From Eledone cirrhosa (lineage: Eukaryota): a stretch of 64,000 nt of DNA. The position numbers and the translations under genes are program-made. Every line of letters begins with the position of its first letter. Position 1 is the first letter of the stretch. The notes below the pieces were generated by a model. That model worked only from the letters and a program-made list of their open reading frames with translations, did no database searches and was not told the origin of the DNA. The stretch spans positions 50,592,001-50,656,000 of the forward strand of contig OZ024748.1 of the NCBI GenBank assembly GCA_964016885.1, read 5' to 3'. Shown here one piece after another: positions 29,687 through 46,419 of the stretch.

Positions 29687-30088
29687 GTTAATGTATATAT
29701 ATATATATATTTATATATGCCAATTTGTATACTAAATTTAATTATGTAATTCGATTTATGAACAATTTGAATCTAATGAATTTGACCGCTCCTATAATGT
29801 GCTAAAACTGCCTGCCAGGAATCTTATATACAACTAAATCCTTTCGGACTTCATTATCTTCCAGCCCGAATATATATTAAAAATAAAATAAAATAGAATA
29901 AAATAAAATAAAGTAAAATAGTAAAAACAGAATACAAAATATAAAATACGCAGGAAGGTAGCAACAAAAATGTAAATTTAAAAGATTAAAACAAACATTT
30001 GTAATGAAATATGATTTTGAAATTTACTTCGTTCAAATTTAAAACAAATTGGAAGTTATTAATGCTTTCAATGAATCCCCTTAATCAC

Positions 30089-30162
<74 letters not shown>

Positions 30163-31898
30163 AATAATGATAATTTTGTCGAATTAAGCTTTTAATATTT
30201 TAATTCAAAATCAATTTAATCTTGCAAATCACTTTCCTTTCGCTGCTGCAGTCTATTTATAAGCTGTCGTTAAACAATTACGACAGCTTCATTACTCCGA
30301 AATACTCCTTAGAGGAACATAATCGTTACAATTTACCACCTTCTGTTTCCTCTAAATTAAATCGTTAGGTTTCCTTCGTTTTCAAGAAAGCAGTATCTCA
30401 CATGCCAGTCAATTTGTGTCGTATTGAGTTGCTTGCTCATCCCCATTAATGGATGTTATATAGTTTGTGTGAGTCTCTTGGCTACTGTACATAGTGTCCA
30501 TAATAGAGATACTGTATTCCAACAGAAGATTTGGGATTAGGGCGACGATTGAGTCAATATTAATTGAATCTCTCAAAGAATTGATAAGGGTTTGGTGGTT
30601 AAAGTAGAGTATGATAATGTTGGTGTTTCAACTGTATTTTCTGTTTGTGTGTTTACTACCTGATATCATGCAAAATATAATACGTCAGATATTGATATGT
30701 ATATCTCGTTGTATGGGTCTGGCGGTGTATTGCTCTATCTCCTTTTTACCTTACAATATTCGTATAGTAGCTAATATAATATTGCTTTAAAAATACATGT
30801 CTTTGGCAGAATCTGAAGGGCAACAAACACTATAGGTTGTTTTCTGAGTATGTATTTTTTATTCTGAGTTCAAATTCAGTTTCAATTGATAAAATATATT
30901 TCCTGATAGACATAATCGATTATACCCCTAAAGTCAATGCTACAGTCTGGCCATAGTTCATTGGCTGATAAAGAAAAATTACATAAGAATAAAGGAATAT
31001 CTACTTCGGTATAGTAATATGTTAAATGTAACTAGTATCTGAAAAAGGAAAACGGCAGATGAAAAACATTTTGGTATTTATTTGCACCTTTTTCAAATCA
31101 CGGTCTAATAAAATACATAGCAGCAATATACACCCCCTAAATATTTTCTAAGCTTGTACCAATTTAAAAAATTCAACAGATATGTTATGTTAAAATAAAA
31201 GCTTTTTAAATTAGATACTTCCGTTGAAATATCTGAACTAGTGCTCATTTGATATGTTTTCAACGCAGACACAGTATGGGTATAACATATATATCCAATT
31301 TTTCTAGCAAGATAACTATGTCTTTGTTTGATATGTCAGAAGGAGAAATATTTTCAGTCCATTGTCTTCAAATAGAAGGATACAGCAGTCAAAATAATTG
31401 TCGATATACGTAAAACGCTGCGATGGCGAAAGCTGGAACACCTTTCAATATAATCTGCTGAATGAAGACAAATTCGAGATAATACAAAAGAATATTATAG
31501 TTTCGCAGAAAGCCATGTATATAGTAATTAGGAAATTGTCAGCAGATAACCAAATCGGTCTCGAGATATAAAACCAGACCAGTCTCGTCAAGGTAGACAA
31601 ACCGGATATTAAATCGATTCAATGACATCAGTATGAAGTAGTATTATAGAACGTAGGGTGTACATATGTCATCGTTACCGCACATAGTATCTAGAATGAA
31701 AGTATAACAGATTCAAAATTCAATAGTACTGGTAAATAACTAATGCGGGTGTTGTGCATGGAACCGTGCAGGACATGCTTGTGTTTGAAAAGGATCGTCA
31801 GTTTGTGCGTTTACGGCATATTTCTCCGGGAAATCACACAGCTAGTTATAATAAATAATTCCTCCCAAAAGAAGTACACATTTACATAGATATACATA

Positions 31899-31967
<69 letters not shown>

Positions 31968-32086
31968 TTAATTACGTTAAATTTCAAACATGTTGACAAT
32001 ATTAATGTATAAAATGGGAATATATTTGTTCACATATACATACTCATTTTAAAATGCCAGTAAACTCACCCACACCTACATATGCA

Positions 32087-32166
<80 letters not shown>

Positions 32167-32344
32167 CGAGATAAGCAGAACAAGTAAAATTCAACCAATT
32201 TTTCAAAATAAATCAAAATTAATATACAATTAAAATTAATCAAAATTAAAAAATATAATATAAATATTTACCTATTCAAATACATTTGAATCATAGAAAT
32301 AACTACAACATACATACATACACACAGATATTATTATATTACAT

Positions 32345-32744
32345 GGCGGTGGATTGTCAGTATCGGCAGAGGGTCGGACGCCATGCTTTCCAGCATAGTT
32401 ACGTCCCTTTACGATCTGAGATCAAATCCCGCCGAGGTTGACTTTGCCTTTCATCCTTACGGGGTCGATAAAATAAAGTACCAGTAATGCACTGGGTATT
32501 TGCTGGCCTTGTGCCTAAAGTAGAAACAATTATATTACATTATATTATATTATATTATGGTGGATTGGCAGTATTGGTAGAGGGTCGGACGCCATGCTTT
32601 GACGCATAGAGTTACGGCCTTTGCCATTCTGAGTTCAAATCCCGCCGAGGTTAACTTTGCCTTTCATCCTTACGGGGTCGATAAAATAAAGTACCAGTAA
32701 TACACTGGGTAATTGCTGGCCTTGTGCCAAAAGATGAAACAATT
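32345..32744 (+). mobile_element. Two tandem SINE S1 copies of different subfamilies
   Basis: Full heads and cores; TSD attatattacat around the first copy. Confidence 0.9.
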
Positions 32745-33273
32745 ATATTATATTATATTATTGAGATTACTGTATGTAACTTTCTTTTTGTATGTAATCA
32801 TTTGGCTTTAGTTTGCCTCCATTTTTTTTACCAAGTTTCACTAACGATCTATTCTCTTTGATGGAGGGTAAATAAGTACTAATAGAACAACCAATTAAGT
32901 GCACCTCTTGCACCTCTTTCACCTCGGCATCAGAAGATAATGAAAGGTGAAACTATTGATATCCTCCATCTATGCTATTATGCACGAACAAAAAAAAAAT
33001 CTATAAGATGAAGAAAGTTCTAATATAAGACGAAGAAAAATTACAACCAAAATATTAAAATGAAGAAAGTGCTAGAGAGGTTGGGGTAGAGTTAGAGAGA
33101 ATGAAAGTGTAACGGAAAGATGGGAGGGAAGTAGAAGGGAGAGGGACAAAAAATGAGAACGGAAAAGCAGAAATGTATAGAAATAAACAAAGTCAATTCG
33201 TAAAGACTAGAGCGTCATTATTATTAGAATTGTTGGTCTCTATACATGAATATATATATACATACACACACAG

Positions 33274-33320
<47 letters not shown>

Positions 33321-33512
33321 TATATATACATATAAATATAAACATATATATATAATATAAACATATATATAAATATATAAAATGTAGAATTTACTTCAAT
33401 CATTCTCGGTGGGAACTACACACACACACACACATGCACCCACCCACCCACACACAAATATATATATATATATTACATATATATACACACACATATATAT
33501 ATATATACACAA

Positions 33513-33615
<103 letters not shown>

Positions 33616-34405
33616 GATGTGTGTGCGTGTGGGTGTTGGTGTTTTTGTATGTCTCTGTGTATAAATGTTTTAAATTATATATCTCCTTTCTCGCTTTCTC
33701 CCATCCTCTTAATACTTAGCATATATTTTCACTCGCCATCATTTTTATTTAACGTTAAGAATCTATCAATCATTATGTGTTTGATTTTGTTCAAGACATC
33801 CAATGTTTTGATCCATTATTCCACTCTCCAGGTTGTGGTGAAGTCTTTTTAATCTTATTCAGTTTTCATTTTCAAATATATAGAATATATGTTTATGTGA
33901 AACTTCTGTTTGTATCTGAAATGTCATAGCTTATTTTAGAGGGAGAAGTAATATTTACCAAAGATATATTCGCTCATTGATTGCAACCACCACTTAATTC
34001 TAATTATATAATTAAATATTTGGTTATATTTCTATTAAACTATCTTCTTACATTCATGTGTGAGCTGGTCTTGCTCACGAATCCCCCATTTATTAAAATC
34101 TCAGGTTACATTCCTGATCAAACATGTTCTGTGTCTCCTATGTCTTAATCTAATCTGTTAATAAAGGAAATTAAGTGCACATGGTAAATATGTGCTCTCC
34201 ACTGCATTATATTTTTTAATTAACTGAAATTAGATAACAAATATTTATGCAGAACACAGAAGATATTAGATTTAAGATCAAATTAATGTAGGTAATAAGT
34301 TCATACATATCTATTATATCATTAATTAAGTTAACCAACGAGTTTATCTCAAGCAATTTAGACTAACCATTTCAGATATGTTCTATACCTTGCTTGGCAT
34401 TTATA

Positions 34406-34615
34406 CGAGGGTTAGATGAAAAGTTCATAGACTGTAACGTTCATAGGCTGACCAAGATACTCTCATGGAATGACCAAATGAGGTTCATTTTTTCAATATA
34501 ACCCCCGTAAAGAAACAATGTATTTATTTATAAGAGTTGAAATTGAGGGATGCAAGTTTTCAGACTTAGCATCACGCATTCCTAATCAACCTAACATCTT
34601 TTCAGCCAACCGTCA
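34406..34615. mobile_element. Tc1/mariner-derived deletion derivative (MITE)
   Basis: TA-cgagggttagatgaaaag ... cttttcagccaaccgtca-TA: 14/18 inverted match with TA flanks. Confidence 0.7.
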
Positions 34616-34769
34616 TAGCAATCATTATATAACACTGTTACGTCAGGAAGGGCAGAGTAGACAGCCATAGAATACACATTGATTAAAAATAGTTTCCACT
34701 TTGTACCAACAGAAAAAAAAGAGATTATCGTTATGTATTTTGTAGATTATTACCTTTTTATCGGATGGT

Positions 34770-35290
34770 AACTACCACCCAAAACACCTGAAATCCAGTG
34801 GCACCGTCATCTAACACTAAAAACACCAGGAACACAGGAACGTCCTCTTCAGATAACTACCACCCCAAACACCGGGAACACAACACCGTTCTCTTCAGAT
34901 TAATACTACCAAAAACACCAGGAACACAGCACCAGCCTCTACAGATAACTACCACTGCAACACCAGGAGGACAGAACCGTCTTCTAGACATAACCACCTA
35001 AAACACCAGGAACACAGCACCACCCTCTAGAAGTAACCACCACCACAAACACGATGAACACAACACCTACCTCAAGGGATAACTACCAGGACAAACACTA
35101 GGAACACAGCACTGTTCTCTAGAGATAACTGACACTGCAAACACCAGGAAAACGACACCGACCTCTTGAGGTAACTACCATCTATCCCAGAAACACAGCA
35201 CCGTTCTCTAGCGCCACAAACACCAAGAACAGCGCTGCCCTCTAGAGATAACTAGCACTACAAACACCGGGAGCGCAGCGCCATCACCTA
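34770..35290. repeat. ~45-bp diverged minisatellite, about 11 copies
   Basis: Unit approximately aaacaccaggaacacagcaccgtcctctagagataactaccacc. Confidence 0.85.
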
Positions 35291-35319
35291 AACAAAGCCT
35301 ATACGAAAGAATTACACAT

Positions 35320-35532
35320 TGCCAATATCGGTAGAGCATCGGACAACATGGTTTATGTTATAGAGTTACGGCCCTTTACCATCTGTTTTCAAATCCTACC
35401 GAAGTTAGCTTTGTCTTTCAGCCTTAGAAGGTCGATAAAATAAAGAACCAATAATGCAATGGGGTCGGTTTAGTGCACATTACCGTCCCCAGAAAATTGT
35501 TGGCTTTCTGCCTAAATCAGAAACCAATATTA
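35320..35532 (+). mobile_element. Old diverged SINE S1 (long-tail variant)
   Basis: ccgaagttagctttgtctttcagccttagaaggtcgataaaataaag. Confidence 0.75.
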
Positions 35533-35768
35533 TATTCTTAGATATACACCTAAAGGGATCTTATTCTCACAGCTGGATTGCCGTTTACTACATCTCTGTT
35601 CGAGCTATGTTAACCTTAACTTAAACAACACGAAAAACAATTCTTTCTAATTCATACATGACATTCTGAAGGCCACCCGTCTTGTAAAGTGTCACAACAT
35701 CATATGATCTGATTATCAAGATTTTCTGAAAGTCATCAACGATAAAAACGTTCATTTTTATGTTCAAA

Positions 35769-35846
<78 letters not shown>

Positions 35847-35975
35847 TATATATATATGTATATATATATATGGTGCGTTTGAGTGGGAGTTAGTGTGAGA
35901 GGGCTGGCGTACGTCACAGTATATGTAAGTGTGTTTTCTGTAACTGCTTGTGTAATACTTCCTGAGGATACTTAC

Positions 35976-36062
<87 letters not shown>

Positions 36063-37105
36063 AAAGAGGTTGAACGGTTTAAGTGTTTTAAGCTCCTACT
36101 ATTTCGTTTGCGATTTCAGTGATTAAAACTGCATTTTACACCATTGAATGCAAAGATAATGGTATGCACAGATGCAAATTATTCTAATAGTATATACACA
36201 TTTGAAGATTTTTACACAAATCTGAAAGACAAGCAGCTGAAGAAGTTTAAAAAAATGTCGGCTAGGAAAATTACAATTGAAGTAAAACGAAACACACACA
36301 CACCAAAATTAAAAGAGTAAGACATTAAAAAGAGCTTAAATAAAAAGATGGCAGCAATGAAATGCGGACAAACAACGGCAGAAATATAAAAGAAACAGTT
36401 GAAATGGAATTCAGATTAAAAATGTAATTATTCTCAATTTAACATACACATGGCAGAGCGCTCTTTTGAAGAATTTCTATGACTTATGAAAACAACGAGT
36501 TATCTTCTTTAAATTATAGATTTTCATCATTTAGTAAAATGGAAATTATTTCAAAGTAACGAAATTAAATAAAATGCGGTATAAAGATTTAAGAAAAGAA
36601 CCCACTCCCCACCAAACCATAAAATAATAGAAATATATTGAAAGAAAATAGATGAGAGGTATAAGAAGCTCATAGACTTTCACACACATTCACACACACA
36701 CAAACACACTCACAAACGCGCACACACACAAACACACATACACACGCATATATATATATATATATATACATACAAACATACATACTTACATACATACATA
36801 CATAATGATTAAAACGACTCGAAATAACCAAAAAATCGTTAGCAATAATAATAATGATAATGAAATGAATAAGTACTGACGAAATTAAACAGAGGAGGAG
36901 GCACATAAATGAAGGCAAAGCAGGATAATCAAAAACAATATCTTTTTTCTGCAAGGAAACTGATTTACAAGCCAAGATGGCTGACTTTCTTCTTGTTTTT
37001 CTGATGATAGTATTATATCTATCAATCTTCTTATTATTGTAATTGTTATTGTTGTTACTATTAATAACATTAATAATACCAGTTTTATTAATATCTTCTT
37101 TTTCT

Positions 37106-37152
<47 letters not shown>

Positions 37153-37295
37153 ATACTACTGCTGCTGCTGCTGCTATTACTGCTACTGCTGCTGCTACTG
37201 CTGCTGCTACTGTTGCTACTACTAATATTATTGTTTTTGTTGTTGTTATTATTATTGAAGTAACTGTTAATGTTGTTATTATTATTAGCTTCATA

Positions 37296-37485
37296 GGGCG
37301 GTAGAATGGCAGTATCGGTAGAGGGTCGGACGCCATGCTTTGCTGCATAGAGTTACGGCCCTTTATGGTCTGAGTTCAAATCCTGCCGAGGTTAACTTTG
37401 CCTTTTATCCTTACGGGGTCGATAAAATAAAGTACCAGTAATACACTGGGTAATTGCTGGCCTTGTGCCAAAAGTAGAAACAATT
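37296..37485 (+). mobile_element. SINE S1, full length
   Basis: TSD attattattagcttcata on both sides. Confidence 0.92.
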
Positions 37486-38154
37486 ATTATTAGCTTCATA
37501 ATTATTATTTCAAATTTTATTTCGTTTTAATCGGAAGTTTTATTTATTCATTATGTTCTACTCATTTATTATAATGTTGTGCCTGCTTGTGTTTATGTTT
37601 TTATTATTTTTTGTAAATGTTTCTTTTAAATGTTTTCTGCTTTTCTCTCGAACACACACACACACACGCGCGCGCACACACACACATACACTCTCTCTCT
37701 CTCTCTCTGTCCCTCTATCTGTGTATTACCAAAGTCTTTCTATATATGACAATGCCTATCTATCTATTTATCTGCTTCCTCTCTCCCTGTCTTTCTGTAT
37801 CTGTCTTGGACTTTTCATTTGAATATTCTTTCATTGATTCTTGTTTAAAGAACAATAAACCTTTCCGAATAGATTTCTCCTACTCATTTTTGCAAATTAG
37901 ATCGACTACTTAAAAGTGAATGCAAAATTAATCAAGGCGATTTCTGTTTCAGTTCGAGAATAGGAAATTTGTTCAAAAGTTAGTGAAACAATGCAAGAAA
38001 TACATAAATGTAACAACAAAATGAAAATAACAAGCAAGAAATAAAAACGAAACTATCAATTTAAAAAGATTTTGCCTTTGAAGAAAACAAAATACCTCAG
38101 TAGAGTTTTATTATCTGTATTTATATTAAGTATCATTTTTGATGTTATTATTGT

Positions 38155-38286
38155 ACGTCCCTTTACGGTCTGAGTTCAAATCCCGCCGAGGTTTACTTTG
38201 CCTTTCATCCTTACGGGGTCGATAAAATAAAGTACCAGTAATACACTGGGTAATTGCTGGCCTTGTGCCTAAAGTAGAAACAATTA
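38155..38286 (+). mobile_element. SINE S1, 5'-truncated
   Basis: B-box, core and tail. Confidence 0.9.
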
Positions 38287-38622
38287 TTGTCTTTATTCTC
38301 GTAATTATTTTGGGAACTGTTTGTTGATTATGATGTCATCGGGGTTATCGTTGTTGATATTGCTTTCGTTATTCGAGATATATTTTTAATGATATAGAAG
38401 CATGTATGCTTCAATACACAGATTTTTGTAGATTAAGTTCTTAGAGAATAATGAAGAAACGCGGGCAAGGATATTGAATACGAAACAAAAAATGTTTAAA
38501 GTAAGAAAAAATAAATATGAAAGTAAAATATAAAAATAAAGCAAAGCAAAATATTTGACTGTAAACTAATTTCGAATTGTAAGCGTTGTAAACTTAACGA
38601 GTGTTATATAGATGTATATGTA

Positions 38623-38691
<69 letters not shown>

Positions 38692-38694
38692 GCA

Positions 38695-38773
<79 letters not shown>

Positions 38774-38901
38774 ATTTATATATAGATGTATATATGTATA
38801 TATATATATATATGTATGTATATATATACAGTATATATATATATATATATATATATACAGTATATATATATATATATACAGTATATATATATATATATAC
38901 A

Positions 38902-39005
<104 letters not shown>

Positions 39006-39949
39006 GTGTGTGTGTGTATGTTTGAATGTGAGTTTTGTATATACGCACTATGTACGAATGCTATATATGTAAAGACATACCCATTGAAGTGTTCTCTATA
39101 ATTCCTATTAAGAACAGATCTATCAGTCTTCTGTTGAGAGCCAGCCCTTTCCCCGATACAATTCAAAATCACACATGAAAGTGAAATAATAAAAAATACA
39201 CTTAAATTATATATCAAATTTACTTGCTTGATGAATGACATTTCTCTTAGCCTTGTAACTAAATTGTACAATGTCATATACGCCATTTACATGTTTAATA
39301 TCGTATTTAGGACATTAATCCTGCTATTGGATAGCACTACATATTCCCTACACAAGCAGAACTGTGGTCGTCAACAGTGTTACATCTAGATCAAATCACA
39401 TATTGAGGGTTTCTGATATATATTATGCAAAGTGTTCTACTCTACTACCATTTTCCAGGTCCCGGAGTTGTGGTTAGAACGAGATGATCTCGTATGTCAA
39501 TCGATCACATAGAGCATCACTTATTGATTTCCGCTTCATGTTTTTTTATAATCTGCTGACTCGGAGGGACACCAATAAAACGTCTGACATAATATAGTAT
39601 ACATAAAAACAAGACACAATATAATATTCCAATATTCTACACTCGGTACTGACACGGAGATATAAACTTATAAAGCACTTTGTCAATTTTCCAGAAGACT
39701 AAGTGTTTGAGCCATGCAATAACGGTTCTAGGAGAACTTGAGTCGTTGTGAATAACTGAACGTTTCAAGAAACGTATGTGTTACCTAACAATTTGGCATA
39801 CTGTATTCAAAAGAGACTGCCTCTGATAACATAACACTCCTACCAATAAAAGTATACATGTACGCTGACCTAGACATAATTCATGTTCCATAAAGACAAA
39901 CAAAAACGCATGTGATTCAGTCAGTCGACCAGACTTATATACGTATATG

Positions 39950-39989
<40 letters not shown>

Positions 39990-39991
<2 letters not shown>

Positions 39992-40176
39992 CGAAGGAAA
40001 TGTGGTAAGGAACTAGGTGGACCATAACGCACCAAAGTACTCAATACTTAGTGTAGTAGAGTGGGTAATAGGAACCAGTAAGACCCCGACGGCTGAGCTC
40101 AAGCCGTTTCGACGGCTAATTCTGGAATTAGCCGTCGAAACGGCTTGAGCTCAGCCGTCGGGGTCTTACTGGTTCC

Positions 40177-40177
<1 letters not shown>
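39990..40177 (-). mobile_element. Fold-back HHR-bearing TA-inserted element, family A
   Basis: Palindrome at 40068-40179. Each arm carries the HHR 3' half GAAA-CGGCT-TGAGCTC-AGCCG-TC|GGGG. TA tracts on both sides. Confidence 0.8.
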
Positions 40178-40220
<43 letters not shown>

Positions 40221-40253
40221 CTTGTGTGTGCGTGTATATATGTATGTATATAT

Positions 40254-40412
40254 AACAAAGATGTGGCAAGATACCAGGTGGACCATAACGCATCAGAGTA
40301 CTCGATACTTAGGGTAGTAGAGTGGTTAAGAGGGAAACGGTCAGAACCCCGGCGTTTGCATCTAGCTGTCGAAACGGCCGGAGCTCAGCCGTTGGGGTCC
40401 TGACTCTTTCCC
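40254..40412 (-). mobile_element. Diverged family A copy
   Basis: ggtggaccataacgcatcagagtactcgatacttag and gtcgaaacggccggagctcagccgttgggg. Confidence 0.75.
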
Positions 40413-40450
40413 ATATACACACACACACACACACACACAAACACACACTG

Positions 40451-40487
<37 letters not shown>

Positions 40488-40999
40488 GCGTGTGCGTGTG
40501 CGTGTGCGTGTGTGTGTGTGTATGTGTGTATTACTCTACGTGCGTAGGCGTGTATGAAATATGTTTTTGAGCTTGATCTCTGCCATTCTTTTGACTCGGA
40601 TATTTGCGTTGTTAAAGAGCAATTAACAGACAGACATTCAGAATGTAGATATGTCATATACAAACCTGCTCCTCCATAGGTCAACATTGATCTAGTGATC
40701 TAGCTAACCTATCGTTAAAACTGTTCTAACGTTGCCTATTCTACCTCTTGGAGTCTGCTGGATAATTTTAATCTTAAGCTTTATTTTCTTATTAGCAATG
40801 CAGTGTATGGTGTATTGATTTGATTTTCAGAGGGTATTTAGTTGCTATTTCTAGCATATACTCGTATTCGAGTGGTTGTTGTTGTTAATGTTTAGCCAGA
40901 GGTGATGGCAGCAGTGGTGCTAATAGTGGTGAACATATTTGTTTGCCTTGTCTTTGTTCAAAGATGAGACGTCGCTTCTTACGTGTAAGACGATACATG

Positions 41000-41680
41000 T
41001 GATATTCGTAGTGGTTCTGTTTGATAAAGTTATCATTATAATATTGGTGATGGTGGTGGTTATAAACATATCACTATAATATTGACGGTGGTCGTGGTGA
41101 TAAACATAGCACTGTAATATTGGTGGAGGCTGTGGTGATAAATATATCACAGTGATGTTGGCGGTGGTTGTGGTAATAAGGATATCACTGTGATGTTGGT
41201 GGTGGTAGTGGTGATAATCATCACTGTGATATTGGTGGTGATGGTGGTGGTGGTTATAAAGACATCACTGAGATGTTGGTGATGGTGGTTATAAAGATAT
41301 CACTGTGATGTTGGTGGAGTTTGTGCTGGTAAACATATCACGGTGATGTTGGTGGTGGTGGTGGTTGTGGTGATAAACATCACTGTGTGATATTGGTGGT
41401 AGTGGTGATAAACATATCACGGTGATGTTGGTTGTGGTGGTTGTGTTTATAAACATCACTGTGATATTGGTATTGGTTGTGATGATAAACATCACTGTGT
41501 GATATTGGTGGTGGTTGTGGTAGTGGTGATAAACATATCACGGTGATGTTGGTTGTGGTGGTTGTGGTGATAAACATCACTATGATATTGGTGGTGGTTG
41601 TGGTGATAAACATCATTGTGATATTGGTGGTGGTTGTGGTGATAAACATCACTATGATATTGATGGTGGTTGTAGCGATA
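41000..41680. repeat. ~33-bp minisatellite (ggtggttgtggtgataaacatcactgtgatatt)
   Basis: About 18 variable units. Confidence 0.85.
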
Positions 41681-42121
41681 AAGATATCGCTTTCTAGAAC
41701 TGAAAAAAAAAAGGCTAAATTATTTAATCATAACTATTAGGTAAAGTTTATCATAGAACAATATCCCACGATATATGCGGTGACATTTACGATTTATATG
41801 ATAAGTCGATTATCATATCCGGTATAACATATCCGGTTTACAATGCTTTATTTGATATTTTCTCAGATGTAAAATCAAATACAAGATATATGACGAAAAA
41901 CAATTTATTGTTCATATTTTATATTATAATATGTTTTCATTTACCGAGGGTTTCATGCTGGATTTGATGTTTCATTATTTTTCACTTTAGTCTCTTTTCT
42001 CATAAACTTTTATTGTTTTGCTTCTCTATCATAATTTTGTTTTTATTGATAGATTTTCTTGGTCTTGTTTTTGTTGTGTTTGTTATGGTGGTTGTGACAT
42101 TGTGGCAATGTAAAATATATA

Positions 42122-42229
<108 letters not shown>

Positions 42230-42765
42230 TGTGCGTGTGTGTGTGTACGCGTGCGTGTATGTGTGAGTCCGTGTGCACGTGCAAAGATACACATGCACAC
42301 AGAAGCCACCTCACTCTTTTCTCTGTAGGCTTGACACAAGATGTAATCGGTTAAATTCACCGAAACCAAATGTCTAAGCCGACACGACTTAGTGAAGTAT
42401 TTGGCTGAAATACGGGGATTATTAGAACATAAAAAAAGCTACTCCGCTCCGATTATCTAAAAATCTGGATTAAAATTATATATAGATGTTAAGTGGAATG
42501 GAATCTAAAGAAGATACCAGACATAAGTTGTTTAGTATATCGAAACTGATTTATCTACATGCCACATTTAGTACAATATATAAAACAAATAACACAATCT
42601 GAACAAATTCATAGCTGACCATTTTATAGCAAACTTCACCATTCTATAGCAAATGATTTCGGACGATATGACATCCAAACAAAGATACAGTGCAGTACAT
42701 ATACTCAGGCCTAAGTGTTTTCAGACGTCAACATTGAAATAACATCATGTTTCTCTTCAAATTCA

Positions 42766-42799
<34 letters not shown>

Positions 42800-42842
42800 T
42801 GATTCTATGGACATACTTTATAGTATATATATATATATTTAT

Positions 42843-43521
<679 letters not shown>

Positions 43522-43522
43522 T

Positions 43523-43555
<33 letters not shown>

Positions 43556-43680
43556 ATCATAACATATGTATGTATTGGTGCAAGTATGTAGTACTCGTTC
43601 CTATTACCCACTCTACTACCCTAAGTATTGAGTACTTTGGTGCGTTATGGTTCATCTGGTTCCTTACCACATTTCCTTCG

Positions 43681-43737
<57 letters not shown>

Positions 43738-43745
43738 CATATATT

Positions 43746-43782
<37 letters not shown>

Positions 43783-44148
43783 ATCATAACATATGTGTGT
43801 ATTGGTGCAAGTATGTAGGTATGTATGATTGTAAGTATATATATATATATATATATATATACTTACAATAACATTATATATATATATATCATTAAGTATA
43901 GAAATGTCTTCTACAGGACAATATAGAGTACCTTTGAAACTAGAGTTACCCCTGATATTACTCGAGATCTACATATATATATAATATATATGTATACCCA
44001 CATATCTATACACACATAACTATACACACACATACACTAACACACGCACATACGCTCACACACACACACACACATACATACATATATATATATATTGTCT
44101 GAATCTTGAATACATTATTTTTTGTATCAAAATTATTAAAAGTTTAAT

Positions 44149-44456
44149 AATTGTTTCTACTTTAGGCACAAGGCCAGCAATTGCCCAATGTATTACTCGT
44201 ACTTTATTTTATCGACCCCGTAAGGATGAAAGGCAAAGTTAATCTCGGCGAGATTTGAACTCAGAATGGCAAGGGCCGTAACTCTATGCGTCAAAGCATG
44301 GCGTCCGACCCTCTAACTATACTGCCAATTCACCGCCATTAAAAGTTTAATAATTGTTTCTACGTTTGGCACAAGGCCAGCAATTACCCAGTGTATTATG
44401 GGACTTTATTTTATCGACCCCGTAAGGATGGAAGTCAAAGTGACCCTCGGCGGGAA
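44149..44456 (-). mobile_element. Two tandem SINE S1 copies
   Basis: TSD attaaaagtttaataat flanks the first copy and precedes the second. Confidence 0.9.
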
Positions 44457-44653
44457 TGCCTTTTGACTCTACAAAATATTTCCGTATCCAGCATCGATTA
44501 TGTTTGAGTATGTTCGCTATATTTTTACCTTCTAGTACATAGACATACTTTCATAGATATACGAACACATATATACTCACACACACACACAATCACTTCA
44601 CGCATATATGTACATACCTAGACGTTATACGCATATATACATGTGTCTGTGTT

Positions 44654-44695
<42 letters not shown>

Positions 44696-44869
44696 TATAT
44701 ATATATATATATATACATACATACAATCATACACATCCGTTTATTTAATAGATACGTATAAGTATGGTATAAATAAAAACACAAAGTCACTTACGCGCAC
44801 ACACATGGACCTATACTAATATTTACACACACACATACAAACAAACGCATATATATATATACACACATA

Positions 44870-45361
44870 TATATAGTCTGTGTGTGTATGCATGTGTTTA
44901 CGTGTGCCTCTGTAGCACTTTCTGTATGTGTGTGTATGTGTGCATGCATATATATATATACACACATATACATGTCTGTGTGCGTATGCATGTGTTTACG
45001 TGTGCCTCTGTACCACTTTATGTATGTGTGCATGTATGAATGCATATATATATATATATATATAAACATATATATATATATGTCTGTGTGTATGTATGTG
45101 TTTACGTGAGCCTTTGTACCACTTTATGTATGTGTGCATATATATATATATATATATAAACATATATATATATATATGTCTGTGTGTATGTATGTGTTTA
45201 CGTGAGCCTTTGTACCACTTTCTGTATGTGTGTCCATGTATGCATACATATATATATATATATATACACATATATATATATTTCTGTGTGTATGTATGTG
45301 TTTACGTGTGCCTCTGTACCACTTTCTGTATGCGTGTGTGTGTGTCTGTACGTATGCATGC

Positions 45362-45396
<35 letters not shown>

Positions 45397-45465
45397 TACA
45401 TATATATGTCTGTGTGTGTATGTATGTGTTTACGTGTGCTTCTGTACCACTTTCTGTATGTATGT
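44870..45465. repeat. ~105-bp tandem repeat with embedded TA tracts, 6 copies
   Basis: Core tgtgtttacgtg(t/a)gcct(c/t)tgtaccacttt repeated six times. Confidence 0.85.
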
Positions 45466-46028
45466 GTGTGTGTATGAGTGTGTGTGTATGTGTGTATGTC
45501 TGTAGTGTGTGTAGTATGTGGATGTGTTTGTGTTTGTTTGTTCATACTTATAAATCTTGTGTTTTGCTAGCGTGCACATCTAATTTTACAATTTAGTTTG
45601 AAAACACTTGAATAAACTATATAAATATTTTTATATTCATCTCTTGAATTAGATAGGGTTAATTCTAAATTTTCAGTAAAAATCTTAAACTTCAGGGGAT
45701 ATAATCTTTCAAATATTTGAGAATATCAACAAAATAATAATGATGAAAAAAAGAGAAATATGTTCAAATCTATTTGAAAGCAATTATTTCTCGACTACCG
45801 TTTAACGGGACCAAGTTCCATCATTTTACCGTAAACAAATTAAACCATACGTAGTTACGTTCGTATATATATGTACACATACATACGCGCACACGCATAC
45901 ACACACATATATATATACACACACACTGATATATATATATATATATATATATATAAGCAGCGATTCTTTGCTTGAACTCTAATCTGTTATTTTAATAAAT
46001 ATATATATACATACATATATATATATAT

Positions 46029-46131
<103 letters not shown>

Positions 46132-46314
46132 CGTACATACTTACATATAAACATGTATTGTCATATATCTATGATATCATTGATCCTCTCTGCCTCTCTC
46201 GCTACATATATATATATCATATGTGATTGTATGTAAGTGTGTATATTTTCATGCGTTAAACTATTTTATTCCTTCCATAACACATATACGATTGTGTTGT
46301 TGTTTCCGTTTACC

Positions 46315-46419
<105 letters not shown>

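Noticed and set aside
34798-35001. 67-aa ORF
   Set aside because: Lies inside the 45-bp minisatellite.
39990-40177. Family A as a classical MITE, pre-miRNA or intrinsic terminator
   Set aside because: The arms are asymmetric (one-sided tail), centres differ between copies, and the arms contain an HHR half.
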